Positions 26,377 through 37,404 of a DNA stretch of 44,279 bases are shown here, in pieces. The DNA lies in contig DAOVVV010000023.1 of the NCBI GenBank assembly GCA_030637025.1, positions 1 through 44,279 on the forward strand. The letters are read 5' to 3'. The translations under genes and the position numbers were made by a program. Source of the stretch: Clostridia bacterium. GTDB taxonomy: Bacteria; CBDUZB01; JAGLHV01. Within the stretch, counting starts at the first letter, position 1. Each line of letters starts with the position of its first letter. The notes below the pieces were generated by a model. The model was not told the DNA's origin, did not search any database, and saw only the letters and a list, made by a program, of their open reading frames with translations.

Positions 26377-28524
26377 TTATAGTACACCCGGCGTTTCTTT
26401 CAATTCAAAAACTTCTACTATATCATTTACTTTAACATCCTGAAAATTTTCCAATACTATACCACACTCATATCCTGCTACCGTTTCACGAATATCTTCT
26501 TTAAAATGTCTTAAAGAGTTAATCTTGCCTTCATAAACAATAATATTATTTCTTAATAATCTCACCAGAGAATTTCTTAAAACCTTTCCTTCTTTTACAT
26601 AACATCCGGAAATAATCCCCATTTTTGAAGCTTTAAAAATTTGCCGTACTTCTACTTTTCCTATAATAATTTCTTCTATTTGCGGTCCTAGCAATCCTTC
26701 CATTGCTGCTTTAATCTTCGCCACCAATTCATAAATAACTCTATAGGTTTTTATATTTACATTTTCTTTTTCTGCCAAAGAAATTACATTTTGCTCAGGA
26801 CGCACATTAAAACCAATTATTAATGCATCTGAAGCCGCTGCTAAAAGCACATCCGCTTCATTGATTCCCCCAACCCCGCTATGTATTATAGCCAATTTTA
26901 TTTCATCAGACTTTATTTTTTCTAAAGAGTCTCTTACTGCCTCTATTGACCCACGAACATCTGCTTTAAGAATTATTTTTAATTCCTTGATTTTTCCTTC
27001 TTCTATCTGTTGATGCAAATTTTCTAAACTAATATGTTTTTTCTTCTTTACCATATCTTCCCGATTTATATTCTGCCGCATCTGACTTATATATCGTGCT
27101 TTTTTATCTTCCTTTATTACCCTGAATCTATCACCAACATGTGGGATATCAACAAAACCCATTATTTCTACAGGAGTAGAAGGTGGTGCTTGTTTTATCT
27201 TTCTCCCATGATCATCCAACATTGCTCTAACTTTACCATAGGTCAATCCCACAATAAAAGAATCCCTTACTTTTAAAGTTCCTTTTTGGATTAATATAGT
27301 AGCTAAAATTCCTTTTCTGGGATCTAACCTTGCTTCAATAACGACACCTTGCGCAAATACGTCAACATCACTGACTAATTCTAATACCTCTGCTTCTAAA
27401 AGGATCATTTCCAATAAATCGTTTAGACCTGTTTCTTTTTTTGCTGAAACTTCAACAAAAACCGTTTTACCACCCCATTCTTCGGAAAGCAAATTTAAGT
27501 TAGCTAAATCTTGTCTTATTCGCTGAATATTCGCTGTTGGTAAATCTATTTTATTCACAGCAACAATAATAGGAACCCCTGCCGCCCGTGCATGATCTAT
27601 TGCTTCCACCGTCTGCGGCATTACCCCATCATCAGCAGCAACCACTAAAATAACAATATCTGTAATCTGCGCACCCCTGGCACGCATTGCAGAAAAAGCT
27701 TCATGTCCCGGGGTATCCAGAAAGACAATATCACCTTTATCTGTTTTTACTTTATAAGCTCCTATATGTTGGGTTATATTGCCGGCTTCTTTCTCCACAA
27801 TTTTTGACTTTCGAATAGCATCCAATAATGAGGTCTTTCCATGATCAACATGTCCCATTATAGTAACCACCGGAGAACGTGACTTAAGTAGAGAAGCATC
27901 TTGTTGCTCTTCTTCTAATATTTCTTCACCATAAAGAGGAATGATCTCTGCTTCATATCCAAACTCTTCAGTTATCAAAGATACTATTTCTAAATTTAAG
28001 CGCTGATTTATAGTAGCTAAAATATTCAATGACATTAATCTTTTAATTAAATCACCCACCCCTATTTGCAACTTTTCTGACAGGATTTTAACAGTAACAA
28101 ATTCATTTATTTTAATTTTTGGTTTTTGTCCTGTTTTAGCTTGAGGAGTTTCTGTTATAATTTTTTCTTCTGCTATTGTTTTTTTCACTAAAGATTTATC
28201 TTCGGAAGGCAAAATACTCTTTTCTTTTCTTTTTATTGTTTTTTTTGTTTTATTTTCGGTTTTCTCTTTTTCTGTTTTTTTCTTTTTATCTTTTTTAATC
28301 TTTACTGCATTTTTAGAAACAGGTTTAACTGTTTTTTTCTTTTTTACTATTTTTTCTTTTTTAACTTTTGATTTAACTTTCTTTTCAGTTGTTGCTTTTT
28401 CTTCTTTATTTTTTGTTTTCTTCTTTACTTTAGCAGAGGCAATCTTTGTTTCTTTTTTTTCTTCTTTCTTTTTAGAATTACTTTCCCCAATAGACTTCGC
28501 ATTGGTTTTTTTCTTAACACTCAT
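26377..28524 (-). CDS. infB: translation initiation factor IF-2
   Basis: [39 protein letters not shown]; Lys-rich N-terminus. Confidence 0.99.
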   Translation of the reverse strand: MSVKKKTNAKSIGESNSKKKEEKKETKIASAKVKKKTKNKEEKATTEKKVKSKVKKEKIVKKKKTVKPVSKNAVKIKKDKKKKTEKEKTENKTKKTIKRKEKSILPSEDKSLVKKTIAEEKIITETPQAKTGQKPKIKINEFVTVKILSEKLQIGVGDLIKRLMSLNILATINQRLNLEIVSLITEEFGYEAEIIPLYGEEILEEEQQDASLLKSRSPVVTIMGHVDHGKTSLLDAIRKSKIVEKEAGNITQHIGAYKVKTDKGDIVFLDTPGHEAFSAMRARGAQITDIVILVVAADDGVMPQTVEAIDHARAAGVPIIVAVNKIDLPTANIQRIRQDLANLNLLSEEWGGKTVFVEVSAKKETGLNDLLEMILLEAEVLELVSDVDVFAQGVVIEARLDPRKGILATILIQKGTLKVRDSFIVGLTYGKVRAMLDDHGRKIKQAPPSTPVEIMGFVDIPHVGDRFRVIKEDKKARYISQMRQNINREDMVKKKKHISLENLHQQIEEGKIKELKIILKADVRGSIEAVRDSLEKIKSDEIKLAIIHSGVGGINEADVLLAAASDALIIGFNVRPEQNVISLAEKENVNIKTYRVIYELVAKIKAAMEGLLGPQIEEIIIGKVEVRQIFKASKMGIISGCYVKEGKVLRNSLVRLLRNNIIVYEGKINSLRHFKEDIRETVAGYECGIVLENFQDVKVNDIVEVFELKETPGVL

Positions 28525-28579
28525 TTTTTTCCCACCTCATTTCTAAGATTCTAAAAAGAAACAACAGCTCCCTTTAAAA

Positions 28580-29818
28580 TCATTCTTTTTTCATTGCCTT
28601 CTTGGCCGCTTTATGTATTTTCTCTGCCATTTTAGGCCCAATCCCCTGAAGAATTGTCAACGTAGAAGCAGGAACATTGACAATACTCTTCAATGAATGA
28701 AATCCCCCGCTATATAACGTTTTTGCCTTTTTTTCTCCAATCCCGGGTAATGAAGAAATTTCTTTCAATCCCAAAGCTATGGTTTCCTTCTTTTGAGACT
28801 CACTTTTTATATCTACATGCCAGCCGGTCAACCTTGCTGCCAAACGAACATTTTGTCCCGACTTACCAATAGCAAGCGATAACTGATCATTAGCAATTAC
28901 GACTTCTGCTTTTTTATTTTCGTTGTTTATTGTTACTTTAAGAACCTTAGCCGGACTCAAAGAATTTCCTATATAAACAACAGAATCATCACTCCAATTA
29001 ATCATATCAATTCGTTCACCGCGTAATTCATCAATAATTGCCCTAATGCGTGAACCTTTTACTCCTACACATGCTCCTACTGGATCGACTCTGCTATTAT
29101 GAGAAAAAACAGCTACTTTCGCTCTTACTCCCGGATCCCTAACTATACTTTTTATTTCTACTGTTTTATCATATACTTCAGGTACTTCTAATTCAAATAA
29201 TTTTTTAATTAATTCCGGATGAGTCCGCGAAACTAAAACCTGCGGCCCTTTTGAAGTCTTAGTTGCGCTCACCACATATACCTTTACCCTCTCTCCTATA
29301 TGATGACTTTCATTTTTTACCTGTTCCCGGGAGGGCAAAATTGCTTCGATTTTCCCTAAATCAATAATAACATTCTTATTTACAAAACGTTGAACAACAC
29401 CATTAAGCACCGTTTTTTCTTTTTCCCTCATTTCATTATATAAATTTTCCCTTTCCTTCTCGCGAATACGTTGAATAATTACTTGTTTGGCTGTTTGAGC
29501 AGCAATTCTGCCAAAATCATCTGTTTCAATTTTTATTTTTATCTCCGCGCCCAATTCAATATTAGATTTTATTTTTTTCGCTTCAGAAAAAGCAATTTCA
29601 CAAGCCGCATTCTTAACTTTTTCTACAACTTTTTTTACTACCCATGCTTCAATTTCTCCGGTATTAAGATCTACTTTCGCTTCCACATCCTGTGTTTTAC
29701 CTGAATGCTTACGGAAAGCAGATATTAACGCTGTCTCAACCATTTTTAATAACTCTTCTTTTTTAATCCCTTTTTCTCTTTCAATTTGCTCTAAAACAGG
29801 CAAAAGTTCCTGCTCCAT
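28580..29818 (-). CDS. nusA: transcription factor NusA
   Basis: FGRIAAQTAKQV, VSRTHP, DPVGACVG..G.R, SLAIGK.GQNVRLA; C-terminal HhH repeats. Confidence 0.98.
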   Translation of the reverse strand: MEQELLPVLEQIEREKGIKKEELLKMVETALISAFRKHSGKTQDVEAKVDLNTGEIEAWVVKKVVEKVKNAACEIAFSEAKKIKSNIELGAEIKIKIETDDFGRIAAQTAKQVIIQRIREKERENLYNEMREKEKTVLNGVVQRFVNKNVIIDLGKIEAILPSREQVKNESHHIGERVKVYVVSATKTSKGPQVLVSRTHPELIKKLFELEVPEVYDKTVEIKSIVRDPGVRAKVAVFSHNSRVDPVGACVGVKGSRIRAIIDELRGERIDMINWSDDSVVYIGNSLSPAKVLKVTINNENKKAEVVIANDQLSLAIGKSGQNVRLAARLTGWHVDIKSESQKKETIALGLKEISSLPGIGEKKAKTLYSGGFHSLKSIVNVPASTLTILQGIGPKMAEKIHKAAKKAMKKE

Positions 29819-29883
29819 AATATTCCTCCCAACAGCTAAATAATATATACCACCTAATTTGTTTTATCAAACAACCTATTAAA

Positions 29884-30363
29884 TTAAATTTCCAAAAATA
29901 ATCGAGCCTTAGCTATTTCCTCTAAAGGGATAGTGAGACATTCCCCCTGCTCGTTTTCTATTTTAATTATTCCTTCTTCGCAACCTATTAATTTTACTGT
30001 GAAATGTCTCTGATTATTCATAGGTTTATAAGTAGTAATTTTAATCCTATGTCCTAAAAATCTTTTAAAATCTTTCTCCTTCTTTAATACCCGGTCCAAT
30101 CCGGGAGAAGAAACTTCCAGAAAATAATCAGAAGGAGTAAAATCTATTTCTCCAAGCAATTCCTTTAATTCTTTACTAACCTTTTCGCAATCACTTAAAT
30201 CTACTCCACCTTCTTTATCAATAAAAACCCGTAACAGCCACTTATTTAATTTATGATATTGAACATCCACTAATTCCATCTCGTTTTTTTCTACTACCGG
30301 ATTAATAATCTTTTCTATTATTTCTTCTATCTTTTTCACTTCTTTTGTTCCCTCAAATAACAA
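29884..30363 (-). CDS. rimP: ribosome maturation factor RimP
   Basis: LRVFIDK.GGV...DC..VS, LEVSSPGLDR; the true start may be the GTG at 30339 (GAGGGA RBS). Confidence 0.95.
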   Translation of the reverse strand: MLFEGTKEVKKIEEIIEKIINPVVEKNEMELVDVQYHKLNKWLLRVFIDKEGGVDLSDCEKVSKELKELLGEIDFTPSDYFLEVSSPGLDRVLKKEKDFKRFLGHRIKITTYKPMNNQRHFTVKLIGCEEGIIKIENEQGECLTIPLEEIAKARLFLEI

Positions 30364-30397
30364 AACCGTTTAAAAAATATATCCTACCCAAAAAAAC

Positions 30398-30422
30398 AAA
30401 AAGCGGGCTATTTGCCCACTTT
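30398..30422 (-). promoter_or_regulatory. rimP leader hairpin/attenuator
   Basis: Minus strand AAAGTGGGC-AAATA-GCCCGCTTTT between a TTGCAA-17-TATAAA promoter (30456-30428) and rimP; a similar hairpin is widely conserved before rimP-nusA. Confidence 0.7.
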
Positions 30423-30602
30423 GATATTTTATAACATATTTTCAAAATCATTGCAAGCTTTTTTTATCTCAAGTAGTATCACCAATTATTCTGACTTTTA
30501 CTTTTTAAGCACAGTGTTTTTCCGCGGATATAATAAAATGCATATTTTAGTGAAAACATTCGTAAATAATACGGAACAATATAAATACTAAAAAAAATCA
30601 AC

Positions 30603-30626
30603 TTTCCCGCAGCTTACTGCGGGAAA
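30603..30626. repeat. short GC-rich palindrome (REP-like family B, copy 2)
   Basis: TTTCCCGCAG-CTTA-CTGCGGGAAA, a perfect 10-bp stem. Confidence 0.7.
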
Positions 30627-30638
30627 TTAAACCCCGAA

Positions 30639-30726
30639 CCCTTCGACTCCCTACGACAAAGCTCATGATCAATTCAACTACAGAGTTTTTGTCAGCGTAT
30701 CTGAAAAATCTCTAAGTCTCATTGAA
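30639..30726. repeat. dispersed copy of the window-start repeat (terminal variant)
   Basis: CCCTTCGACTCCCT...ATCAATTCAACTACAGAGTTTTTGTCA...CTGAAAAATCTCTAAGTCTCATTGAA aligns with 151-237; ends at the proS stop codon. Confidence 0.92.
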
Positions 30727-32439
30727 TCAAAGAATCAAAGAAAGAATTTTATTTTTTATTTCTTCTATGTTCACTTTTTCGGTTTTATTCGTTTTGCGTT
30801 CTTGTATCTCTATTTTGCCTTCGGCTAATCCTTTTTTCCCGATTACTATTTTTATGGGAATTCCAATTAAATCGGCATCCTTAAATTTTACTCCCGGGGT
30901 TTCTTCCCTGTCATCTAAAAGAACTTCCACTTTTGAATCAATAAGTTCACCATATAATTTATCTGCCACAGATTTAACATTTTGGTCATAATAATTCAAA
31001 GCTACAATTAATACTTTATATGGAGCAATCTCGAAAGGCCAGATAATTCCTTTATCGTCGTAATTTTGTTCAATTATTGTACTAATTAATCTGGAAACAC
31101 CGATACCGTAACATCCCATAATCAAGGGTTTTTCCACTCCTTTATCATCAAGAAAATTAGCCCCCAGAGCCTGACTATAGGTTGTTCCCAAATCGAAAAT
31201 GTGATCTATTTCAATCCCCGTTTTCAACATAAGTTTACCCTTACATTTTAAACAAGGTTCGCCCTCTTTTACTGTTCGTAAATCCAGATATTCATCTACT
31301 TTAACATCTCTATCCGGATTAACATTTATTAAATGATAATTTTCTTTATTGGCCCCGGTTACGGCATTACGCATTTCCTTTATTTTATAATCGGCAATAA
31401 TTTTTACCCCTTCTATTTTCACCGGGCCGGCAAAACCACATGGGGCATTGGTTAAATTCTTAACCACTTCTTCATCAGCCAGAGTCCACTGAGAAGACTT
31501 TAAATAGTTTTTAAGCTTTACTTCATTTAATTCATCATCCCCCCGTATTAAAACTAAGATTTTATTTTTCTGGTTTTGATAAACTAAAGTTTTAATTAAA
31601 TCCCGGGACTTCACTTTTAAAAAACGGGAAACCTCTTCTACTGTTTTCATATTAGGAGTTTCTACTTCTTTTAAGGATAATTGGCCTTTTGCTTCTTTAT
31701 TAATTACTGCAGAATTACTTTGGGTAGCTATTTTTTCTATATTAGCCGCATAACCACAACTTTCACAAATTAAAATTCTATCTTCACCGGAATCAGACAA
31801 AACCATATATTCGTGTGAAATTTTACCTCCGAAAGGTCCGCTATCCGCTTCTACTATCTTATAGCTTAATCCACAACGGTCAAAAATACTTTTATGGGCA
31901 TCATAAACTGAGGAATAAGTTTCTTCCAGACTTTTTTGCGTAGAATGAAAAGAATAAGCATCCATCATCATAAATTCACGACAGCGAATAAGGCCGAAAC
32001 GAGGACGAAGTTCATTGCGAAATTTAGTTTGAATCTGATAAAAAAGTTGGGGAAGCTGACGATAAGATTGAATTTCTTTTTTTACTAAATTAGTAATTAT
32101 TACCTCGTGCGTGGCTCCCAAAACCGTATTCCCCCTGCCTTCATTATCCAAAAGACGGTACATTACCGGGGAAAACAAATCCCATCGCCCACTTTCCTTC
32201 CATAAAGACACAGGATGAATAGCCGGCATCATCATTTGCTGGCCACCAATTTTATTCATTTCTTCAATAACAATTTTTTTTATATTTTGTAATATTTTAA
32301 AACCCAAAGGAAGATATACATATACCCCGGTAGCCAATTTACGTACCAATCCGGCACGCAACATAAGTTTATGGCTAATTGTCTCTGCTTCGGCAGGGAC
32401 TTCTTTTAAAGTAGGTATTAAAATCTTACTAAATCGCAT
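30727..32439 (-). CDS. proS: proline--tRNA ligase (bacterial type with INS editing domain)
   Basis: SH.LMLRAG, YQIQTKFR.E.RPRFGL.R.REF.M.DAYSF, GAN, MGCYGIGVSR, GVKFKDADLIG. Confidence 0.98.
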   Translation of the reverse strand: MRFSKILIPTLKEVPAEAETISHKLMLRAGLVRKLATGVYVYLPLGFKILQNIKKIVIEEMNKIGGQQMMMPAIHPVSLWKESGRWDLFSPVMYRLLDNEGRGNTVLGATHEVIITNLVKKEIQSYRQLPQLFYQIQTKFRNELRPRFGLIRCREFMMMDAYSFHSTQKSLEETYSSVYDAHKSIFDRCGLSYKIVEADSGPFGGKISHEYMVLSDSGEDRILICESCGYAANIEKIATQSNSAVINKEAKGQLSLKEVETPNMKTVEEVSRFLKVKSRDLIKTLVYQNQKNKILVLIRGDDELNEVKLKNYLKSSQWTLADEEVVKNLTNAPCGFAGPVKIEGVKIIADYKIKEMRNAVTGANKENYHLINVNPDRDVKVDEYLDLRTVKEGEPCLKCKGKLMLKTGIEIDHIFDLGTTYSQALGANFLDDKGVEKPLIMGCYGIGVSRLISTIIEQNYDDKGIIWPFEIAPYKVLIVALNYYDQNVKSVADKLYGELIDSKVEVLLDDREETPGVKFKDADLIGIPIKIVIGKKGLAEGKIEIQERKTNKTEKVNIEEIKNKILSLIL

Positions 32440-32472
32440 AATTTTTTCTCCTTGTTAAAAATTACTTTTTAA

Positions 32473-33564
32473 TTAAATGTTTATAAGTTTTTTTATTTCT
32501 TTTAATAATTCTTTGGATAATCTTTTTTGCGGTATTTTTTTTATAACTTTTCCTTTTTTAAATAAAACCCCGAAATGTTGACCACCGGCGATTCCTATGT
32601 CTGCTTCTTTTGCCTCTCCCGGACCATTAACTATACAACCCATAATAGCAATTTGTATCGGTTTAATCAAAGAGGGCGATTTTAAATTATAAATCCGCAA
32701 CAGACCTTTTTCGATCTCTTGTGCAATTGCGATTAAAGGTATTTTACAACGTCCACAGGTAGGGCAGGAAATCACTGTAGGACCGTATCGACGCAAACCC
32801 AGACTTTTTAAAATTTCAAAACCGACTTTTACTTCCTCACAGGGATCACCGGTAAGTGATACCCGGACAGTATCGCCAATACCTTTAAACAAAAGAGAAC
32901 CTATTCCTACTGCCGATTTTATCGTACCGGAAAAATAAGTACCTGCTTCGGTAATTCCCAAATGAAGGGGATAATCACACTTTTGAGACATTAGTTCATA
33001 CGCTTTTATTGTAGTAGGAACATCTGTTGCTTTTAAGGAAAGGACTATATTAAAAAACGACCAGTCTTCGAAAAGCTTAATAAACCCTAAAGCACTTTCT
33101 ACCATTGCCTGAGGGGTAACTTTTCCATACTTTTTTAAAATATTTTTGTCTAAGGACCCGGAATTAATTCCTATTCTTATAGATGTTTTTCTTTTTTTAG
33201 CTGCTTTTATTATTTCTTTAATTTCTTCTTTTTTAGCTATGTTCCCAGGATTTAATCTTAATTTATCTGCGCCCTGAGCAATTGCCTCCAGGGCCAAACG
33301 ATAATTAAAATGAATATCGGCAACCAACGGAATATTTATTTTGCTTTTTATCTTACTTAATACCTTTGCCGATGCCATATCCGGAACAGCTACCCGCACT
33401 ATCTCACAGCCTATTTTTTGTAAACTTTTTATCTGTTTTACGGTAGCAGCAACATCCCTGGTATCTGTCTTGGTCATTGATTGCACTAAAACAGGCCTGC
33501 CACCACCGATATAAACCTTCCCTATTTTTATTTTACGCGTTAGTTTCCCCACCCATTTCTCCAT
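32473..33564 (-). CDS. ispG: HMBPP synthase (GcpE)
   Basis: VQSMT, PLVADIHF, RLNPGNI, PLHLGITEAG, CPTCGR, MGCIVNGPGE. Confidence 0.98.
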   Translation of the reverse strand: MEKWVGKLTRKIKIGKVYIGGGRPVLVQSMTKTDTRDVAATVKQIKSLQKIGCEIVRVAVPDMASAKVLSKIKSKINIPLVADIHFNYRLALEAIAQGADKLRLNPGNIAKKEEIKEIIKAAKKRKTSIRIGINSGSLDKNILKKYGKVTPQAMVESALGFIKLFEDWSFFNIVLSLKATDVPTTIKAYELMSQKCDYPLHLGITEAGTYFSGTIKSAVGIGSLLFKGIGDTVRVSLTGDPCEEVKVGFEILKSLGLRRYGPTVISCPTCGRCKIPLIAIAQEIEKGLLRIYNLKSPSLIKPIQIAIMGCIVNGPGEAKEADIGIAGGQHFGVLFKKGKVIKKIPQKRLSKELLKEIKKLINI

Positions 33565-34583
33565 CTGGATATATCAGATTGCATAGCAAAAATAAAAATT
33601 ACCATTAAAAGACTAAGACCTATCATTTGAGCAATTCTTATATTTTTTTCACTTAACGGCTTTCCGGTTAAACCTTCCCATAAATAAAAGGTTATCTGTC
33701 CTCCATCCAAAATAGGAATAGGAAAAAGATTAAACAACCCGATATTAAGGCTAATCAACGCTATTAATGAAATAAAATTCTCCCAACCTGTTTTGGATAC
33801 TTCTGCAACCATATGCCCTATACCCAAAGGCCCGGAAAAATTTGGTTTGGCCAGTGTGGTAAACATTGAAAAAATTGATTTCAAAATAAAAATGGTCCAC
33901 ATAATTGTTTGTTTTATTCCTTTAATAAAAGATTGAAAAAAACCTACCTTTTTCATGTTTACTTTACCTATAATTCCGATTAATCCTATTTTCTTTTCCT
34001 GGTTCAGCTGTGGTATAACTAAAAACTCCATCTCTTTGTTTTCGCGTAAAATTTTTATTTTTAAATTTTTCCCGCTGCTGGGATGAATAATTTCTATTAC
34101 CTCTTGCCAATCAGTAATTTCCTTTCCTTCTATATTAATAATTTTATCTCCTTCTTTTATGCCAGCTTCATGGGCAGGAAAACTTTCTAAAACTTCACCG
34201 ATTATTGGCTCTTTCACTGCTTGTGGTTCTCCCCAAACATAAAAAATTAAAGAAAAAAGTACCATCGCCAATAAAAAATTCATTATCGGCCCTGCTACGG
34301 CAATAAGTATCCTCCTCCACCAGGATTGTGAAAGAAATTCAGCAGGAATCCCCTCTCTTTTTTCCCCGGGATCTTCCCCTGCCATTTTTACATACCCTCC
34401 CAAAGGAATCAAAGATAGTCGATATCTTGTACGCTTTATAGTTTTGCCTAAAAGTTCCGGGCCAAACCCCAGTGAAAATTTTTTCACCCATACCCCGAAT
34501 TTTTTAGCCATCAAAAAATGTCCCAATTCGTGAAAAAATATGACTACACTAAACGTAAATACAACCGCCAAAATAGAAATCAA
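33540..34583 (-). CDS. rseP: RIP metalloprotease RseP
   Basis: HELGH, PLGGYVKM, AGP..N, PDZ domain, NLFPIPILDGG. Confidence 0.96.
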   Translation of the reverse strand: MISILAVVFTFSVVIFFHELGHFLMAKKFGVWVKKFSLGFGPELLGKTIKRTRYRLSLIPLGGYVKMAGEDPGEKREGIPAEFLSQSWWRRILIAVAGPIMNFLLAMVLFSLIFYVWGEPQAVKEPIIGEVLESFPAHEAGIKEGDKIINIEGKEITDWQEVIEIIHPSSGKNLKIKILRENKEMEFLVIPQLNQEKKIGLIGIIGKVNMKKVGFFQSFIKGIKQTIMWTIFILKSIFSMFTTLAKPNFSGPLGIGHMVAEVSKTGWENFISLIALISLNIGLFNLFPIPILDGGQITFYLWEGLTGKPLSEKNIRIAQMIGLSLLMVIFIFAMQSDISRWRNGWGN

Positions 34584-35737
34584 TTTATTACCTCCTTCAT
34601 TTTATTCCTGGTCCATGAATCCACTTCCAAAATATCTTCCAGGGTTGGATTATTAATTAACTTATGTTTATTCATTGCATATTGGATCAAAACAGGAATA
34701 TCCATAAATTTAATTTTTCCGTTTAAAAAAGAATCTACTGCTACTTCATTAGCAGCATTTAATACAGTGGGCATACTCCCCCTCTTACCAGCTGCTTTAA
34801 TTGCCAAACGCAAACAGGGAAATCGTTTAAAATCCGGTTTATCAAAAGAAAGGGAATTTAATTTTTCCAGGTTTAAAGCCGGTAAATTACTTTTTTGACG
34901 ACAAGGATAAGTCAAAGCAAATTGAAGAGGTAAACGCATATCAGCAATTCCCAGCTGAGCAATGACAGCACCATCAACAAATTCTACCATAGAATGAACT
35001 ATACTTTGAGGATGCACCACTATCTGAATTTTATCTATATTTATATCAAAAAGATAATGAGCCTCTATTAATTCCAATCCTTTATTCATTAAAGTAGCAG
35101 AGTCAATAGTAATCTTTTTACCCATAGACCAGGTAGGATGATTTAATGCTTCTGCCACAGTTACCTTCTGTAAATTTCGGCTGGAATAACGATAAAAAGG
35201 GCCACCGGAAGCAGTAAGAATTATCTTTCTTACTTCTTTCTTTTTTTCTCCTCTAAGACATTGAAAAATAGCACTGTGTTCACTATCTAAAGAAAGTATT
35301 TGGATTTTATATTTTAATGCTTCCCTGATAATAATTTCCCCGGCCATAACTAATATTTCTTTATTGGCTAAAGCAATAGTCTTCCTTTTCCTTATTGCTT
35401 CCAGAGTAGGAATTAAGCCTACCGCCCCGACTAAAGAAGAAACTAAAAAATTACTTTTACTGTAAGTTGCTACTTTAACCAGGCCTTTAAGACCATAAAA
35501 AATATGTGCCGGTTTATATTTACATTTAGAAAGTTTTTTTTCTAATTCCCGGCCTTTTTCCTTATCCATCAAGGCAACTATTTCCGGCTGAAACTCTTTA
35601 ATTTGTTTAACCAATAAATTAACATTACCCCCGGCAGTCAGACCAACAACTTTATATTCTTTACCCAGGGATTTTATTACCTTTAATGTGTTTACTCCGA
35701 TAGAACCGGTAGCCCCCAAAATAGAAATTTTTTTCAT
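34580..35737 (-). CDS. dxr: 1-deoxy-D-xylulose 5-phosphate reductoisomerase
   Basis: LGATGSIG, LANKE, DSEHSAIFQ, TASGGPF, HPTWSMG.KITIDSATLMNKGLE. Confidence 0.98.
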   Translation of the reverse strand: MKKISILGATGSIGVNTLKVIKSLGKEYKVVGLTAGGNVNLLVKQIKEFQPEIVALMDKEKGRELEKKLSKCKYKPAHIFYGLKGLVKVATYSKSNFLVSSLVGAVGLIPTLEAIRKRKTIALANKEILVMAGEIIIREALKYKIQILSLDSEHSAIFQCLRGEKKKEVRKIILTASGGPFYRYSSRNLQKVTVAEALNHPTWSMGKKITIDSATLMNKGLELIEAHYLFDINIDKIQIVVHPQSIVHSMVEFVDGAVIAQLGIADMRLPLQFALTYPCRQKSNLPALNLEKLNSLSFDKPDFKRFPCLRLAIKAAGKRGSMPTVLNAANEVAVDSFLNGKIKFMDIPVLIQYAMNKHKLINNPTLEDILEVDSWTRNKMKEVIN

Positions 35738-35761
35738 TCGCCCTCACATTTAAAAATTATC

Positions 35762-36583
35762 TTACATAAAAAATCTGATATAGTAATAAAGCAGCGGTGC
35801 AGCAAAAAACAAACTGTCAAATCTATCTAAAACACCCCCGTGCCCCGGAAGAAGATTACCTGAATCTTTTACCCCTACATCTCTCTTTATCAAAGATTCT
35901 CCTAAATCTCCCAATTGTGCTCCTATACCCAAAATTAAAGCAATAATAAAACAATCCCGATATCTCAATGAATCAAAAAACCACCACTTACTAATAAAAA
36001 GAGTAATTTGAGCAAAAAGTACGGCCGCAACAGCCCCTTCTATTGTTTTATTAGGACTTATTGATTTTGCCAGTTTATGCCGGCCGAATTTCATTCCTCC
36101 CAGATAAGCAGCCGTATCCAAAATCCAGATAGTAACAAATAAAATATAAGTATATTGCCGGCCATAAGGTCTTAAGTTTCTTATTAAAATTAAATAACCG
36201 GAAAACCAGGCCACATAAAAAATACCTAAAAGGGTTGTCCCCAGAGCAGAAATAGACCCGGATACTTCACCTTTAATTATTCTTATGGTAAAGAAAAGCA
36301 GTAAAAAAAAAGTAATCAGCAAACTATTTTCTTCCCCCCCGGCTGTTATACTCAATTTAGCGTCATTTAAAAAAATCAAAATTACTAAAAGCAACCCACA
36401 AATCGTACCTGTAAATCTAAATGGCTTAAAACCCTGCCTTTGAGCTAGGTGATAAAACTCCAATAAGGCTAAGACTACTATTCCACAAACCAGAAATAAA
36501 AAGGGCAAATATCCCCACCAAATAATTAAAAGTAATATAGGAATACCTATTAATCCGGTTATTGTTCTTTTCATTAAAGCCAT
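35762..36583 (-). CDS. cdsA: phosphatidate cytidylyltransferase
   Basis: ISPNKTIEG, GDL.ES.IKR..GVKDSG..LPGHGGVLDRFDS. Confidence 0.97.
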   Translation of the reverse strand: MALMKRTITGLIGIPILLLIIWWGYLPFLFLVCGIVVLALLEFYHLAQRQGFKPFRFTGTICGLLLVILIFLNDAKLSITAGGEENSLLITFFLLLFFTIRIIKGEVSGSISALGTTLLGIFYVAWFSGYLILIRNLRPYGRQYTYILFVTIWILDTAAYLGGMKFGRHKLAKSISPNKTIEGAVAAVLFAQITLFISKWWFFDSLRYRDCFIIALILGIGAQLGDLGESLIKRDVGVKDSGNLLPGHGGVLDRFDSLFFAAPLLYYYIRFFM

Positions 36584-36586
36584 CTC

Positions 36587-37360
36587 TTAGACCCCTCCAA
36601 ACCTTCTATCTCTTTTTTGATAATCCATCACTGCTTTAATTAAATCGCCTTTAGAAAAATCCGGCCATAAAACAGAAGTTATGTGCATTTCAGTATAAGC
36701 AATCTGCCAGAGCAAAAAATTAGAAATCCTCATATCCCCTCCTGTTCGAATCAACAAGTCCGGATCAGGTAAATCAGCACTGTATAAATAAGTTCTAAAA
36801 AAACCCTCATCTATTTCCGACAACCGGCATTTCTTCGCCAAAACATCGGCTGCAATTTTCTTAGTTGCTTCTACAATTTCTTCCCGCCCACCGTAATTTA
36901 GAGCTAAATTTAGAACAATCTCAAAAGAATCAGAGTCCGTTTCCTTCATAACTCTTTCCAATATTTTTTGAGTCGTAGAAGATAATTTCTCAGTTTTTCC
37001 GGAAACAACCAATTTAACCTTGTTTTTTTTAAATTCCATTTCTTCTTTTAAGAGAAACTCTCTTAACAAAACCATTACTATCTTTATTTCCTTTGCCGGA
37101 CGAGACCAGTTTTCCGAAGAAAAAACATAAAGGGTTAAAAAACGAACTCCTATATTCCGGCAGATTTTAACTATTTCTTTGACTCTTTCCGCTCCTTTTC
37201 TATGTCCCAAAAATCTGGGCAACCCTTTTCGTTGAGCCCACCTTCCATTTCCATCCATAATAATCGCAATATGAATGGGAATTTTTTCTTTATTCAAAGC
37301 TTTTAGTGTCTTTTCTTTATTGCTATGAGAATCTTTTTTCATATTTTTTGATTGTACCAT
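36587..37360 (-). CDS. uppS: undecaprenyl diphosphate synthase
   Basis: HIAIIMDGNGRWA, FSSENWSRP, NYGGR, DLLIRTGG..RISNFLLWQ. Confidence 0.98.
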   Translation of the reverse strand: MVQSKNMKKDSHSNKEKTLKALNKEKIPIHIAIIMDGNGRWAQRKGLPRFLGHRKGAERVKEIVKICRNIGVRFLTLYVFSSENWSRPAKEIKIVMVLLREFLLKEEMEFKKNKVKLVVSGKTEKLSSTTQKILERVMKETDSDSFEIVLNLALNYGGREEIVEATKKIAADVLAKKCRLSEIDEGFFRTYLYSADLPDPDLLIRTGGDMRISNFLLWQIAYTEMHITSVLWPDFSKGDLIKAVMDYQKRDRRFGGV

Positions 37361-37404
37361 TTTTAATATTAAAGGTCAAGTATTTGGAATTTGCTTATTC
37401 CTTC

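Noticed and set aside
30475-30600. Small ORF or ncRNA in the proS-rimP spacer
   Set aside because: Only a short frame without RBS and no stable structure beyond the repeats already listed.
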